From Chloroflexota bacterium (lineage in GTDB: Bacteria > Chloroflexota > UBA6077 > FW602-bin22): 64,000 nt of DNA. Below the pieces are notes generated by a model that saw only the letters and a program-made list of their open reading frames with translations, had not been told where the DNA came from and searched no databases. Shown here in pieces: positions 59,894-64,000 of the stretch (position 1 is the first letter of the stretch; each line of letters opens with the position of its first letter). Where the stretch lies: NCBI GenBank assembly GCA_016875715.1, contig VGOZ01000004.1, forward strand, positions 1,448 through 65,447, read 5' to 3'. Made by a program: the position numbers and the translations under genes.

Positions 59894-61933
59894 TCACGCT
59901 CGCTGCGCCTCGTACATGCCGATCGGGTATGCGTAGGGGCGGGTCGATCGGGGCGGCCGTTCGGATTCGAGGACGATCTCGTCCAGTTGGGGCACGAACC
60001 GGCGAACGCGCAGCCAGGAGCGTCCGTATGCTCGGAGAGCCAGGGCCTCACCCTCGCGGAATAGGAAGAGGGGCCTCTGCGCGCGCTCCCAGTGCGTCAG
60101 CGCGCGTTCGATCGCGTCCGGACCGCCGGGTCGTTCGTACAGGATGAACGACGAGCGTTCGCCGATGAACTGCATTGGTGCCGAATAGCGCCATCCCGCG
60201 AGGTCGTCATCGAACAGCGCGATTGCGTCCGGTGGAAGGTCGGCGGCCATCGCGTGGATCAGCCCGGTCGCGCCCCGGTACTCCCTCAATGTGGCGAGCG
60301 GTCCCCAGCCCGCAACTGTCCACACGAGTGTGCCAATCGCCAGAATCGCCGGAATCACCGCGGCGGCGCGGCTCGGCAATGCCATCCGCCCGCGGACAGC
60401 GAGAGCGCCACGCAGGCGGGCCAGAGCAATGCCTGATCCGAGGACGATCGCCGGTACGGTCATCGTGAGCCAGCGGCGCGCCGCCCACGGATACTCCGGA
60501 TGGATCCGGGGATCAACCATCACCAGAGCGAAGTCAATCGCGAGCGAGACCAGCAGGAGGCTCGTCACGGGCGTGGTCCACCGTCGCGCGAGCAGGACGA
60601 GGCCCGCCAGTCCGAGAGCGATACCCGCTGGAGTGAGGAACCAACCGAGACGCGGAAGTGCCTCCAATCGGTTGCGGATGGAGACACTCGCCTCTCGGGT
60701 CAGACCGCTCGTCTCTCCGCCAAGATCGAGCGGGCGAACGAACCAGAGCCATACGAAGGCGATCACCATCGCAGCTACGGCCGTGCGCCATCCCCAGTCC
60801 TGTCCCCCTGCGAGCCACCTCCGGTAGCCGCTCGCCTTGGTCCGCCGGAGACTGATGACGAACAGGATGGTCGCGGCCCCACCGACAGGAAGGACCCAGA
60901 CCGGTAGACCGTCTCGGGCGCCGGGTATCTGGCCCGCGACGTAGAATGGTGCAACGATCAGGTTGTGGACGACCGCGTGCGCGAGGGGCCCCAGGGAACC
61001 TGCCGCGAGCCACGGCATCACCCCGGAGCGGGCCCGGACCGCGGCGGCACATCCCCACACCGCCGCCAGCGCCATGAGCGGCAGAACAGCCTCGAGCCTG
61101 GCCAATCCGCCGATCCCCAGCGTCATCCCGGCCAGAAGGGCGAGCCATCGCGAATTGCGGCGCTCGGCTAGCAGTGCACCGAGGATGCCCGTCAGTACCG
61201 TTGCCTGTGACAGCACCTCCGCGGCCGGGTATCGGCCAAACCAGATCTGAAGGGGATTGACCAGCAGAAACGCGCCAGCGGCGACTCCCGCCGCGGCTCC
61301 CGCGAGCGAGCGAGCCAGCAGTGCGAGCGCGACGATCGACCCCAGTGCGAAGAGCGGCGGTACGAAGAGTCCCGCGCCGACGCCTCCCGCGGATATCCCT
61401 CCCGCGATCGCCGCCGGCAGGAGGTGCAACCCATGTGGCGTGATGAGGCCGACGTCTGCGTCCTCCAACGCCATGTAGAACCCCTTCAGCCGATTCACGT
61501 GCGTACCGGGCGCGAGCCGCGGGCCATGCACCGCCTCGTGCGCATCGGCGGTAAGGGCGGCGATGTCTGTGTCGAACCACAGGATCGCGCCGGTACGAGT
61601 GATGTGTGTCGCGGTGGAGAGATAGACGCCCGGATCGAGTCCGCCGAGCACATATTCGTGGGGACGCAGGTACAGCGGCGCGCCCAGGAGGACGAGCCCA
61701 CCGATCGCCAACGTGAAGTGCCGATCGATCCTTGCCCAGGCTCCGGTGCCGAGCCACCGCCACAGCACGATGGCAAGGCCAATGGGCACGATGAAGGTGG
61801 GGTAGGCGCCGAGTCCGCGCGGGTACAGGCCAACGTCGGCCAGAATCAGCGAGATCCACGCGGAGAGGATTAGCGCGACCACGGCGGCGAGCGCCGCCCG
61901 ATCGAGACAGTCGCCGCGATGGGTCCGGGTCAT
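59894..61933 (-). CDS. Polytopic membrane protein, putative GT-C-like glycosyltransferase/polymerase
   Basis: About 679 aa with at least 12 hydrophobic segments and a soluble C-terminal domain of about 140 aa. ATG 61933 overlaps the GT2 stop (ATGA). Function is inferred from context. Confidence 0.5.
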   Translation of the reverse strand: MTRTHRGDCLDRAALAAVVALILSAWISLILADVGLYPRGLGAYPTFIVPIGLAIVLWRWLGTGAWARIDRHFTLAIGGLVLLGAPLYLRPHEYVLGGLDPGVYLSTATHITRTGAILWFDTDIAALTADAHEAVHGPRLAPGTHVNRLKGFYMALEDADVGLITPHGLHLLPAAIAGGISAGGVGAGLFVPPLFALGSIVALALLARSLAGAAAGVAAGAFLLVNPLQIWFGRYPAAEVLSQATVLTGILGALLAERRNSRWLALLAGMTLGIGGLARLEAVLPLMALAAVWGCAAAVRARSGVMPWLAAGSLGPLAHAVVHNLIVAPFYVAGQIPGARDGLPVWVLPVGGAATILFVISLRRTKASGYRRWLAGGQDWGWRTAVAAMVIAFVWLWFVRPLDLGGETSGLTREASVSIRNRLEALPRLGWFLTPAGIALGLAGLVLLARRWTTPVTSLLLVSLAIDFALVMVDPRIHPEYPWAARRWLTMTVPAIVLGSGIALARLRGALAVRGRMALPSRAAAVIPAILAIGTLVWTVAGWGPLATLREYRGATGLIHAMAADLPPDAIALFDDDLAGWRYSAPMQFIGERSSFILYERPGGPDAIERALTHWERAQRPLFLFREGEALALRAYGRSWLRVRRFVPQLDEIVLESERPPRSTRPYAYPIGMYEAQRA

Positions 61934-63132
61934 TCCTCGGGGGCGTGGCTCGGTCGATCGCGCCGCTCGAGATGGAGGAGCCGCGACTCCAGGTTCCTCA
62001 GTGCCTCGGCGACCTGACGATTGATTTCGTCCTGCTGCCGCAGCGCCGGATCGACGTACCACCGTGTCGAGACCTCGTTCCACCGTCGTCGCATCCAGGT
62101 GATCAAACCGCCAGCGATCGGAACAGGTGACGCCAGCGAGCCAGGAGCGAGCGGGGAGGGCGATGGCTGGCGCGCCGACGAGGTCGCGGGCAGCACATAT
62201 TCCTCTGCAAGAGCGCGCAGGATCTGCCCGATCTCGTGTAACGGTGTTCGGCGGTCGCCAGGGCTCGCCCGGAGTCGCTCCGACCAGTCGGCCCAGACTC
62301 CGCGCAGGATCGCACGCTCCTCGTCCGTCGCCGCGAGTGCGGCCAGACCACGTTCAGTGAACCGTACATCGCGCACAATCTCCGCGAGGGAACGATGGCG
62401 CAGCATGAACCTGAGGCGCCCTTCGTGATGGTTCCTGATCTTTACTGACATATCGCGATTCGCCACGGTCGACTCGTCGTGGATGCCTCGGAAGTGCGGA
62501 CTCACGATGACGCGCCACCCCGCGTTTCGCGCGCGGAAACAGAGGTCTGCATCCTCGTAGTAGAGGAAGTACGCCTCATCGAAGCCGCCGATTGGTGCCA
62601 CGCACGTGCGTCGCAGAGCGATGGCAGCGCCCGTGACGAAGTCGACGTCGCGGATTGTCTCTGCGCCCCGCGTCGTATCGATCCGGTCGTCGTGGAAGGG
62701 CGAGCAGTCCGGCATGCGCATCCATCCGCCGAAGTGCTGGATCGACCCGTCGCGTCGGCGGAGTAGGCAACCGACGATCCCGATCCGCTCGTTCGACCGA
62801 AATGCATCGCGGATGGCCGAAACGGCATCCGATTCCAGGCGAACGTCAGGATTGAGGACCAGGGCGACTTCCGTCTCCAGGGCCGCGAGTCCCTGATTCG
62901 CTGCGCGGGCGAAACCGCGGTTCTCCGGATTCAGGATGCACCGAACACGTCGACGAGTCGCCGCCTCTGGAATTCCGTCGGAAGACGCGTTGTCGACGAT
63001 GATGATGTCCGTCAGTCGCGAATCCTGATCTTCAAGGGCGTCCAGGCAGACGCCAAGGTCGGCACCTGGGTTGTGGCTGATGATCACAGCTCCGACGCTC
63101 GGCTGCGGCTTGGCTGCGCTCGTGTCTCTCAC
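61930..63132 (-). CDS. Glycosyltransferase family 2 with C-terminal helical extension
   Basis: VIISHN...IIIVDNASSDG, NRGFARAANQG, FLYYEDADLCFR. The last 60 aa carry the RWYVDPALRQQDEINRQVAEAL module. Confidence 0.88.
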   Translation of the reverse strand: MRDTSAAKPQPSVGAVIISHNPGADLGVCLDALEDQDSRLTDIIIVDNASSDGIPEAATRRRVRCILNPENRGFARAANQGLAALETEVALVLNPDVRLESDAVSAIRDAFRSNERIGIVGCLLRRRDGSIQHFGGWMRMPDCSPFHDDRIDTTRGAETIRDVDFVTGAAIALRRTCVAPIGGFDEAYFLYYEDADLCFRARNAGWRVIVSPHFRGIHDESTVANRDMSVKIRNHHEGRLRFMLRHRSLAEIVRDVRFTERGLAALAATDEERAILRGVWADWSERLRASPGDRRTPLHEIGQILRALAEEYVLPATSSARQPSPSPLAPGSLASPVPIAGGLITWMRRRWNEVSTRWYVDPALRQQDEINRQVAEALRNLESRLLHLERRDRPSHAPEE

Positions 63133-63218
63133 CGCGGCGCTGCAATCGTCGCATAGGCCGTCACGGTGCGTCGGTGGCGCAACCGGATGCGACTGCCCAG
63201 TTGGCGTACCCTACGGCT

Positions 63219-64000
63219 GTGCCCAGAGGCGAAGACATCGACCTTCTGTATCGTCGCCTCCGAAACGATGTCTGGAATGGCGCTCGGGTCCGGGGGGCGA
63301 TGTGGCCCGATATCAGCCTGCGATCGATGGCGCGGGAAGGCGGCGGGACCCTCGCGCGCGCCATAACGCGGCTGCGCCAACCGTTTCACGATCTTGCTCG
63401 CTTCTACGCCGAAGGGGCGGCTCGGGTGGCGATTGACACCGATCGCCGGATTTACGCTGACCTCGCGCACAGGATCGAGATGCTTCGGAGCGACCTCGAG
63501 CTTGTCCTCGTGGCGATCGAGACCGCTGGCGACAGGGCGCCGGCGCCCCGCGCCGTTGCGACGGTCGGCGTCCCGGGCCCGAGGCGGCGCGTTCTCTGCG
63601 TCGTTCAGCGCTACGGTCGCGGTGGCGCTGAACATCTGTGTCAGATGGTCGCCGAACGCCTGGCAACGCGCCACGATGTCACCGTTTATACGACCTGTGC
63701 GCTCAGCGATCGGACCTGGGCCAATGAGCTGCCCGCTGGCGCCGAGGTGGTTAACGGTGTCCGCGTCGTTCGGTTTCCGACCGCGCGAAGCCGCGATCCT
63801 GACGCCGCCCGGGTCGAGGTCCCGCAGGATCCGGTGGCACAACGAGATGCGGACCTTGCCTGGCTCGCCGCGCAGGGCCCGCACGCCCCGGACCTGAGGG
63901 ACGCGATCCGGAGAGACGCGCCCGCATTCGATGCGAACCTGTTCTTCACCTATCTCTACGAGCCAACGGTGCTGGGGCTCCAGCAGGCGTCGGATCGCTC
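63219..64000 (+). CDS. Glycosyltransferase family 4-like with N-terminal helical module, 3' end outside window
   Basis: This frame is absent from the ORF track because it has no stop in the window. It reads ...ITRLRQPFHDLARFYAEG...RRVLCVVQRYGRGGAEHLCQMVAERLATRHDVTVYT...VNGVRVVRFP. Start candidates are GTG 63174, TTG 63201, GTG 63219 and ATG 63300. Confidence 0.65.
   Translation, partial: MPRGEDIDLLYRRLRNDVWNGARVRGAMWPDISLRSMAREGGGTLARAITRLRQPFHDLARFYAEGAARVAIDTDRRIYADLAHRIEMLRSDLELVLVAIETAGDRAPAPRAVATVGVPGPRRRVLCVVQRYGRGGAEHLCQMVAERLATRHDVTVYTTCALSDRTWANELPAGAEVVNGVRVVRFPTARSRDPDAARVEVPQDPVAQRDADLAWLAAQGPHAPDLRDAIRRDAPAFDANLFFTYLYEPTVLGLQQASDR

Noticed and set aside
63129-63884. 251-aa minus-strand ORF upstream of the GT2.
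   Set aside because: Its sequence is Arg-rich and low in information. The plus-strand frame, which is absent from the track because it has no stop in the window, gives a clear GT4 N-terminal domain (RVLCVVQRYGRGGAEHL...VNGVRVVRFP).

Overview
GC-rich chromosomal segment (roughly two-thirds G+C by eye, not computed), densely packed with about 60 protein genes on both strands. I found no rRNA, tRNA, CRISPR array, transposase or integrase. Most of the window is housekeeping. It contains hflK-hflC, secA, a sigma-70 family factor, long-form ispG and a KorAB-type 2-oxoacid:ferredoxin oxidoreductase. It also contains a GltD-like/ferredoxin fusion followed by a SufR-like regulator, a PIG-L deacetylase and an Mrp/ApbC Fe-S carrier. 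Further genes are gmd, a NarL-type two-component pair next to a CUT1 sugar ABC importer, ftsY, recA-recX-rny, maf, an ExeM/NucH-like secreted nuclease and radC. The right end carries a glycosyltransferase cluster (GT4, a polytopic membrane protein, GT2, GT4). Gene content and the Pro/Thr-rich linkers in secreted proteins are compatible with a Thermomicrobia-like Chloroflexota genome; this is inference only. I do not see a self-contained, clearly novel system such as a defence island. The observations most worth follow-up are these. (1) A helical module of about 50 aa is shared by three different proteins of the glycan cluster: once standalone, once at the C-terminus of the GT2, once at the N-terminus of a GT4. 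(2) A perfect 16-nt LexA-type palindrome lies in front of radC, and a one-mismatch copy overlaps the recA promoter. (3) Four decayed loci are dominated by in-frame stop codons, plus one homopolymer frameshift that separates a signal peptide from its protein body. (4) Two paralogous small zinc-ribbon ORFs fall below normal ORF-calling length. (5) A bacterial DUF2419/QNG1 queuosine-salvage homologue is present. All coordinates come from reading the sequence by hand. Start codons are best guesses, and no database search was possible.
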